From the NCBI RefSeq assembly GCF_964355755.1, contig NC_092678.1:5534422-5598421 (forward strand): a DNA stretch of 64,000 bases, in the 5' to 3' direction. Made by a program: the position numbers and the translations under genes. Shown here one piece after another: positions 1-12,026 of this stretch; position 1 is the first letter of the stretch; each line of letters begins with the position of its first letter. The notes below the pieces were generated by a model, which searched no databases, had not been told where the DNA came from, and worked only from the letters and a program-made list of their open reading frames with translations. The stretch is from Antedon mediterranea (Eukaryota; Animalia; Echinodermata).

Positions 1-1090
1 GGTTTGTGCTTCATTCCACTAAATTCAGCTTTCAATTCCGCCCTTTTGGCCTATTCGACGACTCCTTTTTTAACTCGACGAAGATCTCCAGGCACCACGT
101 GATGCTGTAACAATTCCTATGATATTGTGCGAATATTGTCACGTTATGGCGATACAGCACTGATAATCGGATACTATACGTTTAGAACAAATCATAAATA
201 TACAAATATAATACCTGTGTTTTAGGCCTATATAAAAGTTAATTTATTAATGTAATAATTGTCCTACATATATAACATTATATAATATCAATGTACACAT
301 AAATATACTTTTTAACGTTTTTAAAATAGTGGTCAAGGTCAAAGGTCAGTAAATGATTAAAGACTAAAGTAATATTAAAATAATATAATATATATTTATA
401 ACGGTATAAAAAAAAACTATAATAAACTGCAGCGATAAACCCGAGATTAATAAAATTATATACCGGTTAGGTCAAGGAAATCTACTGGAATAAGTCGACT
501 CTACGATAGATTTTATGCATCTCATTAGACCACATAATAATAATTATTATAATTATAAAGTTAATTAAAATACTGTTGTCAATGGTACATCATATTGTAC
601 AAAAAAGGATGAGAAAGAATCAAAATGATTAAATTCGCTCGGTTAGTTCAAACTGGAGCTTAACCTACACCATGAACATGTAGGTCCACTGTTTACACAC
701 ATTACAGCAGCACGTTATAGAAGCTAATTCTTTGGTGTGTTTTAGTCTTTTGGTCTTATTTAATATAAATGAGAGCCCTTCAGAGTTGTGCCTCTAATAG
801 GCACCAGTAATTAGACGGAACTACAAATCAATTGGCATCAACCAGTAATTTGTGTCCGCATTTAACCGAAAATTGATGCATATGAACCAGAGTTTAGACT
901 TATTTATTGTCTTTTTTATATTAGTCTTCGTTTCGATGTTTGCATGGAAGCTCAAGTAGTACGTATGAAACGCCATATGTGCCAAAATATTTATCGTTTT
1001 ACTAATTTTAGGTCAAAACTCCGTCTGGACGAGAACCAGTCATGCAGAATGCAATCGTGTTTCCAGAGATTAGTAGTTAAATCAAAATCT

Positions 1091-4000
1091 TCAGAGTGGA
1101 GTCGTCTGCTGGGCAAGAGCATTGTAATTCTCCGAAGTTCGTTGTTTTTCTCTTCGCTTTAGAAAAAGCTCAATAGCCATAAAAATTAAAGGCACGATCA
1201 AGTAACTGGCAGACATGAAAAAAAACGCGTCGTTGTAACTGTTTGTCAAATCGTATAACCAACCTGAAATACAAACAAACAAAGGTTAATATTATTGTGG
1301 AAAGGTTTGCTTGCCGCTGATTACTAGCTGCATTATGGGAGTATGTTTCCATACGTGTTTGATCTGGGGTAATAATGTTCAGCGCTTAGAGAAGCTTGCT
1401 TGTAGAGCGCTATATAATAATGAACTATTATTATTATTATTATAATATGCGATTTGTGATTCCAAAATGAAAGTAAAAAGGTCGAGGGATTTTCTGGCAC
1501 TTCGGGATAACGAGCTATAAAGCTTTATTGGTCGAATTTCAAAACATTGGTAGACTCCGGGCTTCATGTTTGGTTCGCACTAGGACGCAACGCAAGAACG
1601 TAAAGCTCTGTCTACACTATCAGACTTTATGTGACAACAAATGTGATTTGCCCATATATGGACATGATGATGTCATATCACTACATATTTGAGCATATCA
1701 CTACCATATATGGGTACGGTCAAAACACTTGCGTTGCGCTTACGTCATTGACACGCATTTAAATCCTTGTTTTGATTGGAGGAGAATAAAGGCTTGTGAC
1801 CTACCTGCTGCGAATCCTCCTATGACGCATCCTATTCCGCCAGGCACTTGTACGATTCCAAACGCTTGGTGAAAGTATTCATCTCCAACGAATACACGAA
1901 CCATAACTGGAATAAGCGGCACATGAACACCGACGTTATATGCAATAACAACAGTCAAAATATATAGCAGCACTTTGGATGAACAAAACGGGTAGCCTAG
2001 CATTAAAAAGCAGTCTAATAAACATGATAGCCAAAATAAATGATACGTTGATATCCAATTGTACCTTATCGGTATACCGTGTGTAAGCCGACCAGTGATG
2101 CTACCAACTCCGTAAACAGACGCTATCAGAGCAGCCTCCGAGTCTGAAAACCCGTTATATGTCGCGTTAGCTACCATGTGCACTATGAACCCAACATAGC
2201 CCACAGACAGAAAAAAGTTCGCTATCAACAGCCCAGCAAACCGTGGAAACATGTAACATATAAGTAACTGCCCTTTTAGCGAACCGAAGATTGTAACTTT
2301 TGGTTGTGGTCGAGTTTCGAGGTCATCCAACGCATCTTCACTTTTATCATCCGTCAAGTAGCATTCGTTCTCTAATTTCAATTGTTTTGATTTCCGTTTA
2401 CGATTCATTTCTGTTTTTATATTTAATTCCTTATTAGCGAACTTCAGTAACAAGGCTATTACCAGACCATTGAGCGATATGCCGCTCACAATCATCAGAG
2501 CGCCGCGGAATCCATACAAATAACTGAGTTCCTTGCACAGAATTGGAAACAAGATGACCCCTACACCATTACCGCAGTAAACAATGCCGTTAGCCGTCGG
2601 TAGGTGTCTTTCGGGGAAAATACCCAGCAGTGGGATGATGTTGGTGAAAGTTAAACTGCAGCCTAGACCTGAAACCAATTGAAAACAAGAATAAATTGGG
2701 AACCATGGACATCTACTGCAGTTACTGGAGTAACTGCACTTTTTATACTTTTAAACCGATGCAATTGTTTAGTAGAAAGGCTTTTTTCGGTAATCATACA
2801 GTTCGGTAATCATACAGTTCAGTAATCATATACAGTTGCAGTGAGTGATTACGTCGTAAATGTTCTACATTAAAATAATCTAAAATCATATGTTGTGGCA
2901 ATAGAAGGTGTCAGTATGTGTAGTATAATAAGTTTGACATGATCGCTCAACCTTCTTATTCCCCTGAGATTGTTTAAATCTTCACCGATACAGAAGCTAC
3001 CATTAAAGACAATGTATTTCATAGGCCTACCTGTTATAAATGAATGGGATATAAGTAATTGCCAGGGGTTCTGAACTAACGAACTGAAAAAGAATCCAAC
3101 GGAGGTGAAGCAACATCCTATGCAGACTGTCAGCCGACATCCAAGACGCTGTCCTAGAAAACTCGTTACTGGTGCTGCAATAGTGAATATTATATAACAC
3201 TTTTTATATGGTATAGTTTATTCCATTCTGTAAGGGGCGGGTTTTCCGCTGTTGAATGAGTTTGAATAAAATTAAAATAAAGTAAATAAAACTTAAATCA
3301 ATTCCTGTCATTTGATTGGACGACTGTGGGTCACATGGCGTGCAATAATACACAGTAACGATCGTTAAATAGTACTTTTTTCATTTTGACAATACGTTAC
3401 TGGTGCTGCAATAGTAAATAATAATGTTATAACGTAACTGAATTGTTCCATGCATACACTATAAACATCTACATCAATTTATAGAAATCAATTTGTCGTT
3501 AACATTCATAATCGATACATTACTATAATATCTTTGGGAGCCAGGCCTTTATATGAGAAAGCTAGTATGACAGGCCAGTATTATTACTATAGTTAGGCCC
3601 CCCCCCCCCCCTCTCTAAAAATACAAGCTAGCTACAGGTATAGGTAGCTATGATGGGCTTACCAGATAGACTAGGCCTATAGAATTTTATTAATAGGCTA
3701 GCTAGGCAGCTGGATTGTTTATTTAGGCGTGTTTATTTATGTTTCCATCGTACTCTCTACGCATAACGAATAAGCTGACACGTTCGATTCACGTGAACAA
3801 TCCGCCTGGTGGAAAATCATGAATTACAAATCTGCATATTTAATAAACCTAGATTTGTATCCAACTAAACTTGCGATAGTCAGTTAGAATGTTTTTAGTG
3901 ACAGCTGAAGAATGTAATCAATGTAATGTAGGCCTATATCAGAAGAGCCCAGACACACCTCACAGCCACTTCTCCAGAAGAACACCTACACTCACACCTC

Positions 4001-5004
4001 ACCGACAGCATCACTGTATCCTCTGTTCCTTAGTTAGTTAGTATAGTTGTATCATTATTATTGTATCATCAAGTTGAAGTATTATTGAATAAACAATATA
4101 TGTGTTACTACAGTCAAGCGAGTAGAGTCTTCATTACAAGTCAGTACCTCAACATAACACTATATTACATTAACAACATACAGTAGAACAATATTAAGGG
4201 CCCAATATATATTATATATATATAAATCCAAAGGCAAATTACTGAAAAAAAATGGCAATGCTGTGGGTATCAGTGGCTGGATCTCAATGGAGATACAAAA
4301 ATAAAAAGCGAAAAGCTAAATCAAAACGGTAAAGTAAACAGCCAGAAAAGTTAGCAGAGCTTTCGGGCAACACTAGCCCTTCATCAGTGCAATTTAGGGA
4401 ATTTGGATAAAGTCATAACATATGAGTTGGCAAGTACTGCCTGGGTGGACAGGAATAAAAGAAATATAACAATAGAAACAGCGTGTTGCATAGTGGGTGG
4501 AGATTGAATAATAATTATATGTATAGTTTTCCCTTTGTAGGGTTATCTGCCCCCTGAATAGGGATTGGTTTGAGTGTTAAAGATACAGTATAATGCCCTA
4601 GGCCCTAGTTCGTTTCATGAGAAAGTGTTTTCTTAAGTATGTTTTCCTGAATATGTACAGGTAAAGCTCTGTCTACACTATCATAGTAAAAGTTTGACAA
4701 AACAGTGTGATGTTTCCAAATATGGTAATGATATACTCAAATGGTGACATCATAATATTATGACATCATCATGTCCATATATGGGCAAACAACAGACTGC
4801 AGTACCTGACAAACACATGACTGTCAAAGACAGGCTACTGACTGCCCCAATAACAGCAGACCCAGTCTGAAAGTACGTTATAAAATCCACCAGAAAAACT
4901 GGAACGAAAGATAGACTTAACCCAATGTTGAACATCAGTATCATCGGCAAGCCCATGAGAGTTAGAAATAACTTTAAACGTTTCATCTTTAGTTGACTAA
5001 TCAT
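1091..5004 (-). CDS. Monocarboxylate transporter family (SLC16-like, MFS) gene A, 4 coding exons, about 459 aa
   Basis: Exons read by hand: 5004-4806, 3174-3031 (144 bp, APVTSFLGQRLGCRLTVCIG), 2668-1805, 1263-1091. All introns are GT-AG, phase 1; total 1380 nt in frame. MCT-like motifs: ANGIVYCGNGVG, YGFRGALMIVSGISLNG, GWLYDLTNSYNDAFF. Confidence 0.9.
4280..4400 (-). mobile_element. Penelope-like element terminal remnant carrying a minimal hammerhead motif
   Basis: Minus strand 4392-4352: TTGCA CTGATGA A GGGC TAGTGTT GCCC GAAA GCTC TGCTA, followed by a T-rich tract. Element boundaries are approximate. Confidence 0.55.
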
Positions 5005-8000
5005 TTTGTTACTCCTGAAATAAAATAGAAGTGAATATTATATTATATACTGTATATGTGGTGGTCATAAACCATCTGTCATAAAGCAATCAATCAATAA
5101 AAAATGCTTTTCATACGTGCTTTTATTGTAATTCGGTATCAATAAATAGGCCAAAATGCATCAAAATGCATCAAATACGCAGGGGCCTAGGCCGACATGA
5201 AGGAGGTTTTAAATAATCGATTTATCTAGTCGAGTAACCAGATATCTTCCAATAAACTTATTTAACTAGACCCTGATCTGATGACCGCATTTAATCTCCC
5301 ATGATGGTATTTCCCCTTATTTGAGTGTAATTAAGCATTAAGGAAAACACATTTCATGTTCGCCTTTGTTGTGGTCATGACAATAACGATTTATTTCATC
5401 TTATTCCCACCACCTTGTCTAAAAGATGTCATCTAAACATATTACTGTACAATACATGCCATAGCCCCTTTTACATATACTATTTAAAAATTGTAATTAA
5501 TTTACATTTATCCTTTATTACTTTACAAAACAAAATTGTATATAGGCCTACCTTTACTCAAAGACGGTAATTCTAACTTGTTTGATGAAATATATTCTTT
5601 ACTCCATGATCAAATACAGCCCCCTGATAATATCGTATTCCAAATTCCCATAAATGTATTTTTACAAAACGATGAAACATACCTCAGAGTTCAAAAGCTA
5701 AAGAGTTCAATTTTATAGTTTTATGGGCTTGTTTATATTTACAGACAATGTCAGTAAATGATGAAAATGATTTGAACACGTCCGGTGTCGAATCGCTATA
5801 AATAAAATTAAAATCCAACTCACTTTAATATTAGTATTGCCCAGATTTCTCAACGACAGTAGTATATTAAATTATATAACATTTGACAACGTAAAATGAT
5901 CAAATTTGGCCTCTTATATACTATAGGTCACAGGAATATTTCGGGAAGAGTGTAGGCTAATACGGTAGGTATAGTCTAGGTCTACGATGTTGATCTCTCA
6001 ATTCAATTTAAATGTATTCAGCCTTAAGCCATGGCTACCATGCTAAATAGAAAGGGATTTAAGCCTCCTTTGTCATTGATTAGTCGTAAACCAACAAGAC
6101 AATAAAACATTTATATTGATAGCACTGTACTGAGCCTAGTGCCTAGCTATCTAGTAGAGTTATTCATGAATAAAAGCATACCAAACACGTTTATATCGTA
6201 CGTTCGAGTCAATATATGATAATGTAATTACATAAAGTGTAGGCCTACTGATACATCCTTAATAATCAATATGCATACCATTACTTTCCATTGCCTGTTT
6301 TCCTGTGCATACTGCTGTACCACCAATAGTCAGTCCCAATAGTAACAAACAGTAGATTTTGTTCTTTCATTGTCTATATAGACCAACATAATATCATATC
6401 ATAATATGATTGGATAAGATCGAGGTCACACCATATAGTGTTGCGTAATATGACCTGGAAATTCTGAAATTGATACACGGAAATAGAGTCTACGGCGGCT
6501 ATGAATACTGCTTACTGTTACCCAGGTCGCCTATGGGGAAGAATTGGTCGTATTATATTAATATTATTATAATATTATATTTCCCTTCTTTGGAACACCC
6601 CTATTAAAAGGGACACTTTGCTATGAAACAAACTAGGGACTGTTGATACTTTTAAAAAATGATTAAAAACACATTTATTCATTAAGGCATATGGAAATCA
6701 TGAGGTTTCTTAAAGTTTTTTAGACTTGAATTGTTTAGTATACTTTTTCCTGGCCAGCATTATCTTTGGGGTGCCTCTGTCTTGGTTGTTGTCTCTGAGA
6801 ACCCGGTCGTCTGTGGCAAGGCAAATGTGTATCCTGCTCCTTCGTTTGGTCACCTAGGTACCGGGACCGCGACAGAACGACAACGGATGGGGACCCTCCA
6901 AAGAAATTGCATTTTTTTTTTGTCAGGAATTTGTATAATTTATTTCTTTTTATTTTAAAATGCGCCTTGAGCACTCTTGAGTGGTGTGTGCGCTATAAAA
7001 ATCTTATTATTATTATTATTACAGTATTATTATTATTATTAGGCCTATAGGGTAAATTCCTAAGGGACACTCGTATGTAACACGTTTTGGACCTTGAACT
7101 AATAATTATAGTTTTATAATTTTGAATTATAATTTATACATTTTTAGAACAACTTAACTGTGCCGTATTTTGGCAATTACTGTATAACTACAACTTTTAG
7201 TATGTAATTTATTACAAATATTTTAATATAAAATATTTGCAAATTTCTAAACTCACAATACCGATCACTAAAGCTGGATTCCCACGCTGGGAGGCAATGA
7301 CGTAAGCCGCAACGCAAGCGAATTTACCAATCACATACGACAGTTTGAATAATCCATCGCTTTTAATTGGTCAATTGGTTGCGGCTTCCGTCATTGCGTT
7401 GCGTAGGCCTACGCGTCCTAATGGGAATCAATCTCTGGGCCTACGACTGGTACATAATAAAAAAAAACAAATTCAGGAATTCAGTTAAGTACATTACACG
7501 GATCATACAATAACAATAGAGTAATATTTGTATGATCCGTGTAATGTACTTAACTGACCAAAAATCAATTAAGACTTACTGTACCGTAAATAATACTTCC
7601 GGGGACTTTCCTGAGGAGTTCCTGTAAACTGTCAAAGAGACATGGATAGTTGGCCTATGGAGAATTCCTCCATGGTAGGCCTAGGCCTATTGTATCCAAT
7701 TCTGCCTCTCTCATAGGCCTACAAGTTTGAACACCTAGACAGGAGGTGTAACATCTTCCTACTCTCCATGTCTCATTGAACTCCATTCTGCTTGTCGGGG
7801 GATGGTGGCCTACATGTGCACTCACCCCTTCAGTCTACGTCTTTAAATCTGATAAATGAACACGTTGAATATAATATGTTTCTTTAACATAATTTAGCCA
7901 CTTACAGTTTACATGTTTTTGATGTAATGAATACTAAGTACACAGTCAATGTACATTTGAAAATGTAATTTAAAATTGTTGTTAAATAAAACTGTAACAC

Positions 8001-8231
8001 TATATCATAAAGCACTATACATATATACATACATAATATTTCATGTATTTAAAATGTCCTAATATAGGATTATTTTAGTAAAACGAATAAGATTGATGTT
8101 ATTGTTCTATATAATAACGCTTTTAAAAGTTACACATACTAATAGCACACGATTTTCAATTAAAATAACTAGGTGTTTGTCCATCGCCTAGGCTATACAT
8201 TATCATATCTGTCCAGTTGTCCATTCTTGTA

Positions 8232-11061
8232 TTAGTCACATACTATATTACTATTAGAACGACGCAAAGAAGAACATTTGTCGATGCATATTTTGGTAAA
8301 CATGAGAAAACCGTTGAAGAAGAAGCATATGCCAGCAATGTAGAAAGACACAGTATACACACCACTAGTATCATACACTGCACCTGTGATGAGAATAAGC
8401 AAGATAAATTAGTTATCCTGTGTTCACACGTACGGCATAAGACTGGCGTATAAAGCTTGGTTCCCACTAGCTACGCAACGCAACGACGTAAGCACAACGT
8501 AAGTGATTTTACCAATCATAAGCGATTATTCGAATAGTCGCTAGTCATTGGTCAACACGCTTGCATTGCGTTTACATCCTTACATTACGTCCAAGCTTTA
8601 GTATGCCATTGCGTGCTAACAGGTAGTGACGTTATTTACGGTCACTTAATACGTCACGTCTTTGTGTGTGTACGAAAGCCACTTAACAAAACGCCATAGA
8701 GCTAACTCCAGAGGCTTGAATAATTTAAACTCAATTTCAGGAAGTGTTTTAATAATGTATATTTTGTTTACAGTTACTGTGAAAGTGAAAGTTAACAATG
8801 TCTGATTTAGATTAAACATGGTCATTATTATATACTTACCCATAATATATCCGCCTAATGCACTGGATACGCCAGTTGGTATCCCTATATATCCGTAGGC
8901 AAAATTAAACCATTCTTTTGACACGCAACTCTGTGTGATTGCGGGAAATAGACCTACAAAAACGCCTATGAAACCGCCTACAACAAATCCATTCGTCAAC
9001 AGAGTAGCCATATTGGTAATTGAGCTAAAAGTTACAAAGCAAAATCCTATGATAAACATAGAAATCATGTAGAAATTGTAGTTACTAATAATACCGAATC
9101 GGCCCGGAATTCCGCAACAACTTTTCCCCAACATACCGCCGATTCCGTAAGCGGTAAAAACTAAAGCAGCTTCTTGTTCTGAAAATCCTTTTAGAATAAG
9201 ACTTGCGGTAAAATGAACAAAAAATCCTATATGCGCAAATCGTCCGAAGAAATATACCGTGGAGAACAGTAAAAGACTTGGCGTCTTGCAAAACATTAGT
9301 AATGACGGAGGATTTTCTTGCTGCGATGGTTCGCAGGCTTCAAGTTGCCGTTGGCCGTCCGGTTCGTTCAGAACTTTCTTAACCTCCTCAGCCGTCAACT
9401 CTGATAACTCGCCCGCAAATTCGTCAACACTCTGGTGGATATTCCGACTACCTTTCTCAACTACAATGTTATTAGCACCATCATTGTCTTCGTAACTACT
9501 CTCACCAACACATATTTTTCTATTAGTTAATTGTTTACTGGTCATTTCGGTGGAGTGCTCGTCATTTTCTTTGCAGCAGACTTCACGTGTTACCATGTCA
9601 TCGCTTTCAGTCGGACGTCTTGTACGAAATAATATCAAAACAAGCGGAAGCATATGCATGGAGACAGCACTACCTATTAGAATCGTTCCCCGCCAACCAA
9701 AATATAGCCGGGATTGAGAAAATATAAGGGGGTTCACGACAAACCCTACGGATGAGCCGGCATACATAAATCCAATGTAAATCGAAGCAGATTTGTTAAA
9801 TGTGCTAGCTAAATCGTACACCATTCCTTGCGTCAGCAGGCATAGGCCACAACCTAAAAAATTAAAAAACAACTATTATAGAAACACAAACACATTAAAA
9901 ATTCAGCAGTAAGAGTAACCACGTCCCAACACATTATAAGTTAGGTAAACGTCTATTGTTGATACCGCATCAACAAGAAATAATTGCTGAATATAGCCCG
10001 GATAAACATTGGACGTTGTTGGGCTATGTGAATCGGGTATCGGCATTAAAATTCGTTCACACAATCAAAAACTATTTTACATTTTTCGATCACATGCGTA
10101 CGTTTTTTACAGAATCCGGAATATGTTAGTGTGAATGGTTCCTTGAACACTAATATCCATTTTTGTACTCAACAACCGGACCAGAATCTGGGTTCAATGT
10201 GAACGTAGATTAGGTTAGGCTGTTAAGGAGGAATTCACTGTACACTAGGCCTATATCGGACTTCTTGTGAAACATTTTCATTATATCCGCCGGGATGTAG
10301 TATGCAATTAAAGGTTTCATTGCAAAATTAACATACCTGTTACAAGGGAATGAGAAAGCAATATCTGCCAAATATGGGTTACTTGTGACGTCACCACCAG
10401 CCCTCCTACAACCATAGACGAACCGGCTAGAATCGTTGCCCTATTCCCAAATCGCTTGGCTATTAGTGTAGCTACTGGACCTGTTTATGCGATAAATAAG
10501 ACAGAAAACGGTAAAATATTTTTTACACAGCATACATTCTAAGTATTTATCATCACTATCTTCATTTAGAGAATGTAGTCACGCAAGATATCACAACATT
10601 ACGTCACGCGCATCTGTGTAGTCATTAAGCTTGGTTCCCACATCGCAACGACGCATGCGCAACGCAAGCGACAGTTTGGATGATCCATCGCGTCGTGATA
10701 GAGGTCAAATTATTTGCGTTGCGTTCAAGTGGGAAACCAAACTTACTTTACATCGATTTCGAAATTGTTGTTGACACGGAGACTATCACAAGTCAACACA
10801 ATTGTCCGTTATGCTCTATTACTTTGTCTTTGGTGAAACTGAAATATACTTACCTAACAGTATTAAAATCCCAAGATAAAGACTGTGTACGAATCCCATC
10901 GAACGAGCGTTCGTGTCTAGTCCGTCAATAAAATCAACTAGGAAAAATCCAACACTTGGAAAAACGATTCCTTCTGCGAGAAAATACACGGTTGGTACAC
11001 CAATTAACTTGGTCAGTTTCTGCTTGCGACGGCTGTCACTTTTGCACATATTCGACACCAT
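8232..11061 (-). CDS. Monocarboxylate transporter family (SLC16-like, MFS) gene B, 4 coding exons, about 505 aa
   Basis: Exons 11061-10854, 10480-10337 (144 bp, GPVATLIAKRFGNRATILAG), 9853-8840, 8383-8232 (GAVYDTSGVYTVSFYIAG...stop). Intron positions and phases match gene A; total 1518 nt in frame. Has FGWRGTILIGS and a long acidic central loop. Confidence 0.9.
8452..8600. mobile_element. MITE family B, representative copy
   Basis: Termini AAGCTTGGTTCCCACTAG...ACGCAACGCAA with the inverted TTGCGTT...AAGCTT. Related copies near 1565, 7270-7432, 10627-10742 and 26265-26445. Confidence 0.7.
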
Positions 11062-11380
11062 TGTTATAGGCTGGAATACAAATATTGTAACATCTCAGAA
11101 TCGAGTTTATAGTGTTATATATGCGCATAAATTCCCAATCGTTGTAATAATTAATGGAAATATAAATACGCATGCGTGTAAACAAAACTAACGCATACGA
11201 TTCGCTTGAATAAAGTCACCTAGTGGAAACAGGCTTTACGTATCATTGATAGTGCGATAATTGCGTATTATTTTGAATCCCTTTGGTAATTGTACGTTGA
11301 TTGCTTCGACCAAGCAAACCTTTGTCCTGAAATGAATAATGAAATTTTATTGATTTCCCTGTGGATGCTGTATTATTGTT

Positions 11381-12026
11381 TTATTTACCTCCGCCAAGGA
11401 GGTATATGTAATCGGTAGCGTGTGTTTGTTTGTTTGTTTGTTAGCAGGATTACTCAAAAGGTAATAAGATATATAAATGAATATACATATAGATATGTGG
11501 TCAAGGACCATTCCATTAAATTTTGGGACCATTTGGGACCATGGTCCTAATTATGGACCACTTTTTGAGTATACTTTTCAGACCTGCTAGCCGGCGAGCA
11601 GTCTTAAAGTAACAAGTAAACTGAAATTGCATTTTCTCGAGAACTACTTGTCCAAAAAACTTCATTTTTGTACAAGAGGCAAGAATTATAATTTGTGATT
11701 TGTAATTTTAAAAACATAATTTGATTTAATGTGCACGTTTTTGATGCGAGTAGTTTAAAAAACCTATTTCTTTTCAAATTCACTCGTTTGATTTTCGCGT
11801 TGCTATTTTCTATTGTTAGTCAATTAAAGCGATTGTTAATTGAAAGGCTTGTTACATAACCATTACACCAAACTCGCATACACATGCTTGTAGTGAAATT
11901 AGCCTCAATCACAAACAGCATTAAGACACACACAAATATATATATTTTTTTTTTTACCGGAGAAATCTTATGTAGGAGAATTTTACAGTAGGCGGAGGTA
12001 TGCACTCTCGAAGTGGCTTTCTAGTT
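11381..12026 (+). mobile_element. Non-autonomous Helentron/HINE (DINE-1-like) element
   Basis: Subterminal inverted repeat TACCTCCGCC (11386-11395) / GGCGGAGGTA (11991-12000), (GTTT)n microsatellite near the 5' end, short 3' hairpin and CTAGTT end. Confidence 0.72.

Noticed and set aside
2669-4805. Apparent missing second exon (pseudogenisation) of MCT gene A in the ORF track
   Set aside because: The 144-bp exon is present at 3174-3031 with proper splice sites; it is simply below the ORF length cutoff.
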